In this document: positions 33,684-44,103 of the stretch, in pieces
Numbering within the stretch: the first letter of the stretch is position 1
Layout of the letters: each line of letters starts with the position of its first letter
From: an uncultured delta proteobacterium
Lineage (GTDB): Bacteria > Desulfobacterota > Binatia > Binatales > Binataceae
DNA: 64,000 bases
Direction of reading: 5' to 3'
NCBI GenBank assembly: GCA_963711565.1
Contig: CAVQEQ010000003.1
Span: 1,184,001-1,248,000 of the forward strand
The notes under the pieces: model-generated
Told to the model about the DNA's origin: nothing
What the model saw: only the letters and a program-made list of their open reading frames with translations
The model's database searches: none
Made by a program: the position numbers and the translations under genes

Positions 33684-34812
33684 ATGCTTAGCGACATGAG
33701 ACAGCAGCTTTCCGAGTTTGACGACCGCGCCGAAAAGCTCGGGAGGCGTCTTTGACGTCCCCGCACTGACCGTCCGCCAGAACCAACTCGTCGAACAATC
33801 CGCCAAGCCCGGCTTCTGGGATCGCCAGGAAACCGCGCAAGCGGCGCTCAAGGAGCAAGAGCAGATTCGCGCTCAGCTCGCGGGCTACAAGATGCTGCGC
33901 GACAAGCTCGACGAGGCGCGCGTGTTCCTGCAGATGGCCGAGGAAGAAACGGGCGAGGATTCCGAGGCGGCGCGCGAGACCGCATCGGCGCTGGACGCGT
34001 CGCGGACCGAGCTCGAGCGGCAGGAACTGCGGCTGATGCTCAGCGGCGAGTACGATCGGCTCGGCGCAATCCTTTCGATACATCCTGGCGCCGGCGGGCA
34101 GGAGGCGCAGGACTGGGCCGAGATGCTGCTGCGGCTTTATATGCGATGGGCAGAGCGGCGCGGCTTCAAAACTGAGATTGCCGACCTGCAACCGGGCGAC
34201 GGCGCGGGAATCAAGAGCGCGACCGTCACGGTCGAAGGTGATTTTGCCTATGGATATTTGCGCGCCGAGGCGGGGATACATCGGCTGGTGCGAATCTCGC
34301 CGTACGACTCGAACGCGCGGCGGCATACGTCGTTCGCGTCGGTATTCGTTTTTCCCGAGGTTGACGACACGATCGAGATTGTAATCAATCCGGCGGATTT
34401 GCGGATCGACACGTTTCGCGCGTCAGGCGCGGGCGGCCAGCACGTCAACAAGACCGACTCGGCCGTGCGCTTCACGCATATCCCGACCAATATCGTCGTG
34501 ACCTGCCAGAACGAACGCTCGCAGCACAAGAATCGCGCGATGGCGATGAAGATATTGCGCGCGCGGCTGTTCGAGCTCGAGCAGCGCAAGAAAAAAGAAG
34601 AACTCGAGAAGTTCAGCAAAGACAAAAAAGAGATCGCGTGGGGCAGCCAGATTCGCTCTTACGTGCTGCAGCCCTACCAGATGGTCAAGGACCATCGCAC
34701 GGGCGTCGAGGTCGGCAACACCAGCGCGGTGCTCGACGGCGCGATCGACGAGTTCATCCAGGCCTACCTGATGGGCGTGCGCAAAGGCGACGCCGACTCG
34801 GTGCCGAATTAA
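33684..34812 (+). CDS. prfB: Peptide chain release factor 2 with programmed +1 frameshift
   Basis: ATG 33684 frame reaches GGGAGG-CGT-CTT-TGA-C (33741-33756); +1 frame has RISPYD, GAGGQHVN, WGSQIRSYV. Confidence 0.97.
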
Positions 34813-34872
34813 AATGTGGAACCCGCGGTGGGTTCCACACCTCCTTCGGCAGGGGTGACCCCTGCACCCAGT
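34813..34872 (-). repeat. Dispersed double-hairpin repeat family A
   Basis: Reverse complement ACTGGGTGCAGGGGTCACCCCTGCCGAAGGAGGTGTGGAACCCACCGCGGGTTCCACATT, immediately after the prfB stop. Confidence 0.85.
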
Positions 34873-35015
34873 GAAAAGAGAGGTGCCGGGCTTCCGCCGC
34901 TGTTAGAACTGGTCGAGGGGCGGAAGCGTTTTCATGTTGCGTCGCGTGGCCGACTGATCCAAGTTGCAATATGAAACGGACGCTTCTTTTCGACTAATCG
35001 TACAAGGAGTCTCGA

Positions 35016-35735
35016 ATGATCGATTTATATTTCTGGCCCACGCCCAACGGCTACAAGATCACCTGGATGCTCGAGGAACTCGGCCTCAAGTACAATGTGA
35101 TCCCGGTCAATATCGGCGCGGGCGATCAGTTCAAGCCCGAGTTTCTGAAAATCAGTCCGAACAACCGGATGCCCGCGATCATCGATCCTGACGGTCCCGA
35201 TGGAAAGCCGATTTCGATGTTCGAGTCGGGCGCGATCCTTATGTACCTCGCGGAGAAGACCGGCAAGCTGATGCCGTCGGACACGCGCGGAAAGTACAAT
35301 GTGATCCAGTGGCTGATGTTCCAGATGGCGAGCGTCGGGCCGATGCTCGGCCAGGCGCATCATTTTCGCCGTTACGCGCCCGAGAAAATCGAATATGCGA
35401 TCAACCGCTACACCAATGAGGCGAAGCGCATCTACGGCGTGATCGACAAGCGCCTCGGCGAAGCGAAGTACCTCGCCGGCGATTACTCGATCGCGGACAT
35501 CGCAACCTACCCGTGGCTGGTGCCGCATTCGATGCAAGGGCAAGCGCTCGAAGATTTTCCGAACCTGAAGAAGTGGTACGACGAGTTGCGCGCACGACCG
35601 GCGACTCAGCGCGGGTTTGCGGTGATGGGCGAGATCGTCGCGAAGATGCGCGCGGCCGCGGCGGCAAATCAACCGCCGCAGGATCCGAAGTCGTGGGAGA
35701 TACTGTTCGGGAACAAGCAGTTCGAGAAGCGCTAG
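35016..35735 (+). CDS. Glutathione S-transferase family (YfcG/YghU-like disulfide oxidoreductase)
   Basis: WPTPNG, ISPNNRMPAI, FESGAIL, GPMLGQAHHF, YSIADIA. Confidence 0.92.
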   Translation: MIDLYFWPTPNGYKITWMLEELGLKYNVIPVNIGAGDQFKPEFLKISPNNRMPAIIDPDGPDGKPISMFESGAILMYLAEKTGKLMPSDTRGKYNVIQWLMFQMASVGPMLGQAHHFRRYAPEKIEYAINRYTNEAKRIYGVIDKRLGEAKYLAGDYSIADIATYPWLVPHSMQGQALEDFPNLKKWYDELRARPATQRGFAVMGEIVAKMRAAAAANQPPQDPKSWEILFGNKQFEKR

Positions 35736-35758
35736 CAGGGGTGACACCTGCACCCAGT
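35735..35758 (-). repeat. Truncated copy of repeat family A (first hairpin only)
   Basis: Reverse complement ACTGGGTGCAGGTGTCACCCCTGC between convergent GST and panE stops. Confidence 0.75.
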
Positions 35759-35759
35759 G

Positions 35760-36689
35760 TTAAGAAACGATACGGGGTTTTGGGCTACCGTCGAGCAACC
35801 GCAACAATGCGTAAATCGTTTCGACTGCCGGAACACTGAGGTTGTGGCGGCGGGCGGCGCGCACTACCGCGCCGCTGAGCGCTTCATATTCGAGAGCTTT
35901 GCCGCGTTCGAGGTCTTGTTGAGTCGAGGTCTTTAGCGCACGCAGATTCTTCTGCGAGTGCGCGATGTAAGCGTCGATGCGGTCGTCGGCAATCTTTGCG
36001 CCCTCGGCGCGCGCTACCTCGACGATTTCCTGCATCAGGGTGCGCAGAAGCCTCAGCCCTTCAGGGTCGTCGAGGATTTCACCGACGCGACGGCGGGTCA
36101 GCGTTGCGACCGTGTTAACGGCGCCATTCCAGATCAGCTTGTCCCATCGCAAGGTCATGATCTCGGCTGAGACCTGGCCCAGAATTCCCGCGCGTAGAAA
36201 TACTTCGGCGATTTTTCTTGCGCGCTCCGTGTCGCGGCCGTCGAGTTCGCCGAAGTCGATGTGGCCGGTGCTGAGATGAGCGATCTTTCCCGGCGCGACC
36301 ATCTCGACTCCCACGCGCGCGTTGCCGCCCATGACGGCTTCGCTGCCGAAGATCGCGGCGAGCTTCGTCTCGTTCTCGACGCCGTTCTGAAGTGTGAGAA
36401 TCGCGCCGCCGGGCTTGAGGCATCCCGAGATAGCTTGCGCCGCGGCGTCGGTGTCGTAGGCCTTCACACAGAAAAGGATCAGATCGTACGAGGCGAAATC
36501 GCGCGGCGTGTCGGTCGCGGTGACCTCGATTCGCAAGTCGCCGCGGATGCTCGTGATGTCGAGGCCGTGCTCGCGGATCGCGCGCAGATTTTCGCCGCGC
36601 GCGCACAATATGACGTCCTCGCCCGACGCGCGCAGCCGCGCCCCGAAGTAAGCGCCCACCGCGCCCGCACCCATCACCAAGATTTTCAT
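35760..36689 (-). CDS. panE: 2-dehydropantoate 2-reductase
   Basis: GAGAVG, CVKAYD, LQNG, WDKLIWN, STQQD, EYEALSG. Confidence 0.9.
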   Translation of the reverse strand: MKILVMGAGAVGAYFGARLRASGEDVILCARGENLRAIREHGLDITSIRGDLRIEVTATDTPRDFASYDLILFCVKAYDTDAAAQAISGCLKPGGAILTLQNGVENETKLAAIFGSEAVMGGNARVGVEMVAPGKIAHLSTGHIDFGELDGRDTERARKIAEVFLRAGILGQVSAEIMTLRWDKLIWNGAVNTVATLTRRRVGEILDDPEGLRLLRTLMQEIVEVARAEGAKIADDRIDAYIAHSQKNLRALKTSTQQDLERGKALEYEALSGAVVRAARRHNLSVPAVETIYALLRLLDGSPKPRIVS

Positions 36690-36752
36690 TTCTTTCCTTT
36701 TTTCACTCGCCTATCGTAGCGCCGCCGCGATCTGTTGTAATCAACCTCGGTC

Positions 36753-37532
36753 ATGATGGAATCGGCGAGCGAAACCAGTCTGCCAAGCGTGCGCGAAATC
36801 CTGTTCGAAGCCGTGCTGGCAGCCGCGACGCTGACACTGTGGCCGATCCTCGACGAAAGATCGCAGGGCACGGCCGCGCAGCGAGCGCGCGCGATGGTCT
36901 ATTTTCCGATCGTTGGATTTGTCCTCGGAGTCATCCTCGCAATTGTCGATCGAACCGCCGGTTTCGTCGGCGGACCCGTGGGACGCTCGTTCATCGTGCT
37001 GATCGTCGGAGCGGCACTGTCGCTGGGCCTGGCAAATCGCGGAGCGGCGGACACGGCCGAGGTGCTTCGACGAGGAACGAGGCCAGCCTCGACCGGGCTG
37101 GCGCGAATCGGACCGGCGGGTGCAGGCGCGGCAATCGTCGCGTTCGCATTCGAGGTTTGGTGCCTGTCGCGAATCACAGACGACGCGGGACGGGCGGGCG
37201 CCCTGGTGATGGCGATGATGCTGTCGCGATGGTCGATCATTCCAATCGGCTACGGGCTGAAGCCGCTGGAGCATTGGGGGCTCGGCATCCCGTACGAAGG
37301 CGGCATTTCGTTTCGCGAGTTCGCCGTGTCGAGCGTGGTTGCACTGGGACTCACGATGGGGCTGTATCAAAACGTCGGGCTAGCGGTGATCATCGCGTTG
37401 GCGCTGACGATTCTCGCGATGCGGCTGGTGCTTAGCCGCCGAATGGGCGGCGCGTCGGGCTACATGCTGGCGGGCGGATGCGCGCTCGCGGAAATAGTTA
37501 CGTTCGCGATGCTGGCCGCGATCCGTGCTTAG
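36753..37532 (+). CDS. CobS-like membrane protein with degenerate motifs
   Basis: CobS-like start and topology (LTLWP, YFPIVGFVLG, RIGPAG, RRMGG); the expected HxDGLAD motif reads ANRGAADTAE. Confidence 0.65.
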   Translation: MMESASETSLPSVREILFEAVLAAATLTLWPILDERSQGTAAQRARAMVYFPIVGFVLGVILAIVDRTAGFVGGPVGRSFIVLIVGAALSLGLANRGAADTAEVLRRGTRPASTGLARIGPAGAGAAIVAFAFEVWCLSRITDDAGRAGALVMAMMLSRWSIIPIGYGLKPLEHWGLGIPYEGGISFREFAVSSVVALGLTMGLYQNVGLAVIIALALTILAMRLVLSRRMGGASGYMLAGGCALAEIVTFAMLAAIRA

Positions 37533-38134
37533 CCGTTGCGCTTGAGCGCTTCAGCCCAAACCTCTTTGAGAAGTTCGTGCAACTCTTCGATCGAGCCGTT
37601 GTTCTCGATTATCAGCGTTGCTTGCTTCCCGCGCTCTTCGTCGGAAAGTTGTGCACGGATTCGCGCTTCGGTTTCGGAGGGTTTTAGTCCGCGCTGGCTC
37701 TCGATGCGAGCGACCACTTGTTCGCGCGGTGCGCGCACGAGCCAGATTTCGTCGAACAGCGGCTGCCAGTTGGCTTCGATCAAAATCGCGGCCTCGACGA
37801 CAATGGGCAGTTTCGCGCCGCTCGCGCGCAAATCGGCAACGTTGCGGCGGATGCTCTCAAACGTCGCGGGCCATACGATCGACGTCAGCTTGTTCAGTTG
37901 CTCGGGCTTTCCAAACACGATCGCACCGAGTTTCTTGCGATCGATCGTGCGATCGGCGGCGACGATATCCGCGCCGAAGGCCGCGATGACGGCGTCGTAG
38001 GCGGGACCGCCGGGCGCGTAAGTCGTGTGCGCGACCTTGTCGGCGTCGAGGATCGGCGCGCCGAATTCGCCGATGATTTGCGTAACGGTGCTCTTGCCCG
38101 AACCGATTCCACCCGTGAGTCCAATTGTAAGCAT
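37529..38134 (-). CDS. coaE: Dephospho-CoA kinase
   Basis: IGLTGGIGSGKSTV, DADKVAH, IDRKKLG, RIRAQL. Confidence 0.96.
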   Translation of the reverse strand: MLTIGLTGGIGSGKSTVTQIIGEFGAPILDADKVAHTTYAPGGPAYDAVIAAFGADIVAADRTIDRKKLGAIVFGKPEQLNKLTSIVWPATFESIRRNVADLRASGAKLPIVVEAAILIEANWQPLFDEIWLVRAPREQVVARIESQRGLKPSETEARIRAQLSDEERGKQATLIIENNGSIEELHELLKEVWAEALKRNG

Positions 38135-38143
38135 TTGAAATCT

Positions 38144-39922
38144 CTAGCCCGCGGCTTCGCGGCTCCACGCCTGGATATTGTAGAGGTAGCTGAAGAAGCC
38201 GCCGCGAGCCAGCAACTCGTCGAACGATCCATGCTCGACGATCGCGCCGTCGCGCAGTACGAGGATTCGATCGGCGTTCTGAATCGTCGAGAGCCGATGC
38301 GCGATCACCATCGTCGTCCGCCCGCGCATCGCCTCGCGCACGGCGGCCAGCACCATCGATTCAGTCTCGGCGTCGAGCGCGCTGGTCGGCTCGTCCATAA
38401 TCAGAATCGGCGCGTCCTTCAGCAGCGCGCGCGCGATCGTCACGCGCTGCGCTTCGCCTTCGGAAAGACTGTGACCGCCCTGCCCTATCACTTCGTCCAG
38501 GCCAGCCGGCAACTTGGCGAGCACCGGACCGAGGCGGGCCATCTCGATCGCGCGGAGGACTTTCGCGTCGTCAGCCGCGGGTTTTCCGAATGAGACGTTG
38601 ACGCGCATCGTGTCGCCCAGCACGAGCGGCGGCTGCAGAACCATCGCGATATTGCCGCGCAGCGAATCGAGCGTGAGGTAGCGCGTGTCGTTACCGTCAA
38701 TCTTGATCGCGCCGTCCTGCGGCTCGTAAAAGCGCGCGAGCAAACTGGCCATCGTGGTTTTTCCGGAACCGCTTGGACCGACGATCGCGATCGTCTCGCC
38801 GGGAGAAGCCTTGAAGCTGATGCCCTTGAGGACCGTTCGACCCGGTTCGTAGCCGAAGACGACATTGTCGAATTCTATTTCGCCACGCGCGCGGCCAAGG
38901 GTCTGTGCGTTCGGACGATCCTTGATATCGGGATCTATCGCAAGCAACTCGAGGCATCGCCGAAGGCCGGCCTTGGCGCCTTCGATCTGTCCGTACGTCT
39001 GCGAGATCTGATTCACCGGCGCGTAGAGCGAGGCCAGGTAGGTCGTGAAGACGATCAGATCGCCGATGGTGAGGCGGCCGTCGAGGACGTGCTGCGCGCC
39101 GAGGTAAATAACGAGCGCGGTGCCGCACGCGATCAACACTCCGACAGCGCCGGCGTAAAGCGTTTGCAGGGTGTAGAGACGCAAGGTCGCGTCGAGGCTC
39201 GCACTGCTTGAATCGACGAACTCTCGGTACGACTCGCCCTCGCGGGTGAAAGCCTGCACGACGTGAATCGCGGCGAGTGCGCTCTGCGCGACGGTGTAGA
39301 GGCGGCTCTCCTTGATGCGCGCACCGCCGGCGATCGCGTCGATGCGGCCGCTGATCGACATGATCAGCAGAATCAGCAGCGGGATGATCGCGAGCGCGAC
39401 CAGCGTCAATGTCGCGTCCATTTTGATCATCACGACGAACATCCCGCCGAGCAGAATCAACGACGACAAGACCGGGAAGAAACCGTTCATCGCGATCGTT
39501 TGAATCGAGTAGGTGTCGTAGGTGATGCGCACCATCAGGTCGCCGACTTCGCGGCGGCGATGGAACGAGAGCGAAAGGCGCTGCAGATGATCGAACAGGC
39601 GCGCGCGCAACTCGTTGACCATGCGCTGGCCGATCGAGATTGTGACGTAGTTCGTCATGACGTTGAGCAGGCCGAGCATCGCGTACAGGATGACGAGGCT
39701 GAGGCATGCGGCGATGAGCAGCTCGGCGCGCGGCATCGGCGGAATCCACGAGCTGACGAGCGGCACGCCGCGCAGCACGTTGTCGATTACGATCTTGAGT
39801 GGCCACGGCTTGAGGACTTCGGCCGCGGAAGCGAGCAGCACACCTGCGATCGCGATCGCGAGACGGCCGAGATGCGGACGCATCCGGCGAATTGCGTGGC
39901 CATAGAGTTCCAGCGTGCCCAT
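38144..39922 (-). CDS. ABC exporter, fused permease/ATPase
   Basis: TM domain; GPSGSGKT, LSEGEAQR (variant signature), ILIMDEPTS, IAHRLST. Confidence 0.92.
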   Translation of the reverse strand: MGTLELYGHAIRRMRPHLGRLAIAIAGVLLASAAEVLKPWPLKIVIDNVLRGVPLVSSWIPPMPRAELLIAACLSLVILYAMLGLLNVMTNYVTISIGQRMVNELRARLFDHLQRLSLSFHRRREVGDLMVRITYDTYSIQTIAMNGFFPVLSSLILLGGMFVVMIKMDATLTLVALAIIPLLILLIMSISGRIDAIAGGARIKESRLYTVAQSALAAIHVVQAFTREGESYREFVDSSSASLDATLRLYTLQTLYAGAVGVLIACGTALVIYLGAQHVLDGRLTIGDLIVFTTYLASLYAPVNQISQTYGQIEGAKAGLRRCLELLAIDPDIKDRPNAQTLGRARGEIEFDNVVFGYEPGRTVLKGISFKASPGETIAIVGPSGSGKTTMASLLARFYEPQDGAIKIDGNDTRYLTLDSLRGNIAMVLQPPLVLGDTMRVNVSFGKPAADDAKVLRAIEMARLGPVLAKLPAGLDEVIGQGGHSLSEGEAQRVTIARALLKDAPILIMDEPTSALDAETESMVLAAVREAMRGRTTMVIAHRLSTIQNADRILVLRDGAIVEHGSFDELLARGGFFSYLYNIQAWSREAAG

Positions 39923-42369
39923 CAGCTCTCGTCTTCGGAGCGCTTTGCGATCAAGATTCCGAGCGAGCCGGCGACTTCGGCAGCGCAGGCGCTGATGATA
40001 GCGGGAATACGCCGCGCTCGCGTAAGCGCCAACAGTCCCACTGCAAGGCCGGCAAAAATTACGCCAACGATTCCCGCGCCCAACGAAAAGCATCCGGCCA
40101 ACAGGACGAACGTCACGGCCGCAGCTATTAGTGCGCGGCGCGGCACCGACCGAACACGCCAGAGCAGCGCGATGCTCGCGTCTTTGCGCAAGGCGTTGAT
40201 CGGCACGCGAATCATCGGTGGGACCACGAGTTCGAGATCGTAGGATTGGAAGCCGTCGGTCTCGGCAACAGCGACGCCGCGGCGAACCAGTGCGTCGCGG
40301 ATTGCCGCGAGAATCGTCGCGGAATCGATCTTTGCGGCGCTTTCGGAAATGACGAATTCGGTCTCGCCACTCAATTTCACAGGGCCGTTGGGATCGCCTC
40401 CGGCGGCGCCCGGTTCAAATCTCCATTTGACGCTCTCGCGCGCCAGGCTCCGAGTGGTGGGACCAAGCAGGCTAAGGATCCAGAGATCGATTCGTGCAAT
40501 TAGGCCGGAATACTCGCGCTGCAAGGGCGCGGATGCCGCGCTCGCCGTCCCGGTCAATATCGATAGCGCGATTCCACTCGCGCCGAGCACGCCCAGCAAG
40601 CGATTGACTGTGCCGAGGATCAGAAAAATCAGCGATATGGCAATCCATTGAATGGTCAACGGCAAATCGGCGTACGAGTTGCCCGCCGAATATACTGTCT
40701 GGAAGAGGCCACGGCCGAACTCGCCGTAGTAGATGCGCGCGCCGCCGAGAAGCGAGCCGACCCATGACGGGCCTGCGTACATTCCGTCCTGGTCCGCGGC
40801 GCGGAGCGGGTATTTGCGGAACAGCAGGCCCTCGCCTACGCCGTAACCGCGCTGCTGTCGGAGATAAGCGGCGAGCGTCGCGCGGCGCTCATGAATCACG
40901 ACGGCTCCAGGAGCGTATGCGAGCGTTTCACTCGACGCGACCAGACGCCAGGAAAGATCCACGTCGTCGCCGGCGGTGGTGAACATCGGATCGAAGCCGC
41001 CAACCTCGAGCAGCGCGGCTTTCGTAATTGCCATGTTGCATCCGCACAGTTGCGCGAGGCGATCGTCGCCGGCACGCACCTCGCGCGGCAGTCCCGGCGC
41101 TGCAGCCATCGCGGCAGCGCGAGCGGATTGCGGATCGGGCGCGAAATTCGGGCCGGCCGCCGCGGCCGCATCGCGGCGCGTGATGGTCTCGACCAGATGA
41201 TACAGCCAGTCCCGATCGGCACGCGCGTCGGCGTCGATGAACGCGACGATTTCGCCCAATGCGGCCTCCACGCCGGCGTTGCGCGCCCCTGCGAGACCGC
41301 AGTGCTCGACGCGAATCGCGCGGACTCCTGCCTGGTTGGCGATTTCGGAAGTAGAATCAGTCGAGCCGTCATCGATGACGATTGTTTCGTAATCCGGATA
41401 GTTGAGCTCTCGAATCGACGAGAGACACTCGCCTAACGTCGATGCCGCGTTGTAAGCCGCCACTACCACGCTGGCTTTAGGAGCCGTCGTGAGCAGTGGC
41501 GGCAGATCGTCGCGAAAGACTTTCGCGATTGCGTCGAAGGCGAGCTTGGGCGAGCGATCGCGGCGCGTCAGCCCGAATGCCCATTCGGTAATCTCGGCGC
41601 CGCCGGTGTGCCATTCGTCGGTGAACGCGAACACAATGAACCCGGACAATCCGAGTTCGAACGCCGCACGGCACTGCCATGAGAGCAGCGCCGCTTGATG
41701 CTCCTCGCCCTCGCGAATCGTATCCATCCCGGTTTCGCTGAGCACCAGTGGCAGCTCGCCGGCTTGACCCATCAGATGCGTCAGATAACGGCGAAAATCT
41801 TCCTCGCGATGCAGATAGACGTTGAACGAAATAAAATCGAGAAAACTCAGATCGAGATATTCCGCTGACGGATAGTTCGAGTAAGTGAAGAGCGCGCCGG
41901 GATCGATCTGTTTTCCGAGGTCGCGCAGCTCGGCGAGAAAGCGGCTGACCGCGCGCGGCCCGTGCCAGCGGACGATATCCGATCGAATCTCGTTGCCGAT
42001 GCTGTAGGCAGCGATGGTCTCGCCGAACTGGCGCGTCTCGAGCACCGTCTTGCGGACGACGTCGCGGATTTCGCGCATCATGTCGGCTGAATCGAGGAAC
42101 GCCATATGGAACGGCCACGGGATGCCAAGCATCATGCGCAGTCCCGCCCTCTGCGCCTCCTCGACCATCCACGGCGGCGGCGGCACGTAGAGACGAATCA
42201 CATTGGCGCCGAGGATTCTCATCAAGGCGAAGTCGGCGGCCGCGCGCTCGGGCTCGGGATAGCGTTCACCGCGGGAATTCGGCGGGAACGGACCGTACGA
42301 AACGCCGCGGAGGTAGAACTTTTGCGCGCCGTCGAGCAAATATTTTCCGTGCGGTACCAGCCGGGCCAT
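39922..42369 (-). CDS. Clan GH-A-like TIM-barrel glycoside hydrolase fused to GT2 glycosyltransferase and TM segments
   Basis: GANVIRLY, SIGNEI, LSETG, FTDEW; then IDDGS, FIDAD, GCNMA, GDDVDL, QQRGYG. Confidence 0.82.
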   Translation of the reverse strand: MARLVPHGKYLLDGAQKFYLRGVSYGPFPPNSRGERYPEPERAAADFALMRILGANVIRLYVPPPPWMVEEAQRAGLRMMLGIPWPFHMAFLDSADMMREIRDVVRKTVLETRQFGETIAAYSIGNEIRSDIVRWHGPRAVSRFLAELRDLGKQIDPGALFTYSNYPSAEYLDLSFLDFISFNVYLHREEDFRRYLTHLMGQAGELPLVLSETGMDTIREGEEHQAALLSWQCRAAFELGLSGFIVFAFTDEWHTGGAEITEWAFGLTRRDRSPKLAFDAIAKVFRDDLPPLLTTAPKASVVVAAYNAASTLGECLSSIRELNYPDYETIVIDDGSTDSTSEIANQAGVRAIRVEHCGLAGARNAGVEAALGEIVAFIDADARADRDWLYHLVETITRRDAAAAAGPNFAPDPQSARAAAMAAAPGLPREVRAGDDRLAQLCGCNMAITKAALLEVGGFDPMFTTAGDDVDLSWRLVASSETLAYAPGAVVIHERRATLAAYLRQQRGYGVGEGLLFRKYPLRAADQDGMYAGPSWVGSLLGGARIYYGEFGRGLFQTVYSAGNSYADLPLTIQWIAISLIFLILGTVNRLLGVLGASGIALSILTGTASAASAPLQREYSGLIARIDLWILSLLGPTTRSLARESVKWRFEPGAAGGDPNGPVKLSGETEFVISESAAKIDSATILAAIRDALVRRGVAVAETDGFQSYDLELVVPPMIRVPINALRKDASIALLWRVRSVPRRALIAAAVTFVLLAGCFSLGAGIVGVIFAGLAVGLLALTRARRIPAIISACAAEVAGSLGILIAKRSEDES

Positions 42370-42470
42370 GAACGATGAGCTAATCGCAAAGCCGATGGGC
42401 GCGCAACGCGCTCCGCGCCCCACACTTGACACCGTGCAAGCCGGCCACTGAGAATCAGATCCGTTCAAAG

Positions 42471-43355
42471 ATGGAAAACAGCGAATCGCGCGAGCGCAAC
42501 TCGGAATTCAACGAACCCTCATCGAGCTTCGTCAACGTCGATGGCGTCCGGCTGCATGCGCTGGACTGGGGCGGCGGCGGCGCACCGATCGTGATCTTGC
42601 ACGCGACCGGATTCCTCGGGCGCATCTATCGACCGCTCGCAGAGCGGTTGCGCGCGATCGGTCACGTCTACAGCTACGATCAGCGCGGCCACGGCGACAG
42701 TTCGACAGCGCCCAACGGCGAGTATAGCTGGGACTCGACGATGCGCGACCTACAAGGGTTCATAACCGCGATGGGTTGTGCGAGTGTGCGGGCGGTCGGC
42801 CATTCTGCGGGCGCGACGGCGATTGGCTCGCTCGCGAGCGAACGCCCTGACCTGATCTCGCGGGCCGTTCTGCTCGAGCCGGTGATTTTTGAGTCGCCGA
42901 CCGCGCCGGAACTTGGCTGGCGCAATCCGTTTATCGAGCGGACGCTCAAACGCAGGCGCATCTTCGACACCGTCGATGCGATGTTCTCGAATTTCGAAAA
43001 CAAGCCGCCGTACAATACCTGGCGCAAGGATATTCTGCGCGACTATTGCGAGTTCGGTACGCGGCCGACGGCTGATGGCAAGCGCGAACTCAAGTGCGCG
43101 CCCGAGGTCGAGGCAAAATTCTACGAGACGTCGCGCGATTTCGACGGGCTCGGCCGAATTCTCCACTGCACCGTTCCGCTCCTGGTGCTTTTCGGCGCGC
43201 GCGGCGATTCGCTCGGCGCGTCATTGTCCGGAAAAGTCGCGAAGCAGCTCAAGAATGGACGCGTCATCGACGTGGCAGACACAGGCCACTTTCTCCCGAT
43301 GGAAAAGCCCGACTACGCTGCCGATCAAGCAATCGAATTCCTGTCAGAGAAATAG
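42471..43355 (+). CDS. Alpha/beta hydrolase
   Basis: LHATGF, DQRGHG, GHSAG nucleophile elbow, GHFLPME. Confidence 0.9.
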   Translation: MENSESRERNSEFNEPSSSFVNVDGVRLHALDWGGGGAPIVILHATGFLGRIYRPLAERLRAIGHVYSYDQRGHGDSSTAPNGEYSWDSTMRDLQGFITAMGCASVRAVGHSAGATAIGSLASERPDLISRAVLLEPVIFESPTAPELGWRNPFIERTLKRRRIFDTVDAMFSNFENKPPYNTWRKDILRDYCEFGTRPTADGKRELKCAPEVEAKFYETSRDFDGLGRILHCTVPLLVLFGARGDSLGASLSGKVAKQLKNGRVIDVADTGHFLPMEKPDYAADQAIEFLSEK

Positions 43356-43359
43356 TCAA

Positions 43360-44103
43360 TCAGGGCGAACTGAGCAATGCGCGTGCTTCGGCCGTATATA
43401 TTCCCGGACGGTCGTATAGTATTAACGGCGGCTCAATAGCTACTTCGATTCCGCCGCCGACACGGGCCTCGATCAATACTACCGACGCGGGCCTGCCGAC
43501 CTGTGAATGCATGAATCGGATACGCTTGGGCTCGAGCTGTTTTGAGCGCATCGTCGAAATCAGCTCGGCGCTTCTCCTGGCTGTGAAAACAAATGCCACG
43601 CGTCCGCCAATGCGCGCATAACGGCGCGCCGCAGCGACAAAATCCAGCAGCGCGGCGGCGCCTTCGCCGCGTGCCATGCGGCGGCTGTGATCCGGATTCT
43701 CACGCCCGGAGGCCGCCGCGCGATAGGGAGGATTCGCAACAACCAGGTCGAAGCTTGCGGGCTCGACGCCGGCAATTTTTTTCTGCCGGAGATCGGCGCA
43801 AACCGCTTTCACCGACTCGAGGCTGTTCGCTTCGGCGTTGCGCGGGATCATCGCCGCCAGCGGCGGCTGGATTTCGATCGCAACGACTTCGCGCGGGCGA
43901 TAAAGCGCAGCGATCATGATCGACACGACGCCGCATCCTGCGCCCAACTCGAGTACTCGCTCGCGCGTTCTCGCGCGCGCAAAGCGGCCGAGCAGGATCG
44001 CCTCGACCGAGAAGCGATAACCATGCTTCGGCTGGATCAGCGTGATAGAACCATCCAGGATCGTATCGCGAGTTTCGTTTTCGTCGCTTGAATTCGCCGT
44101 CAT
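43360..44103 (-). CDS. tRNA1(Val) A37 N6-methyltransferase (TrmN6/YfiC family)
   Basis: QPKHGYRFSVEAILL, LELGAGCG, ANPPY, EPKRIRFMH. Confidence 0.88.
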   Translation of the reverse strand: MTANSSDENETRDTILDGSITLIQPKHGYRFSVEAILLGRFARARTRERVLELGAGCGVVSIMIAALYRPREVVAIEIQPPLAAMIPRNAEANSLESVKAVCADLRQKKIAGVEPASFDLVVANPPYRAAASGRENPDHSRRMARGEGAAALLDFVAAARRYARIGGRVAFVFTARRSAELISTMRSKQLEPKRIRFMHSQVGRPASVVLIEARVGGGIEVAIEPPLILYDRPGIYTAEARALLSSP

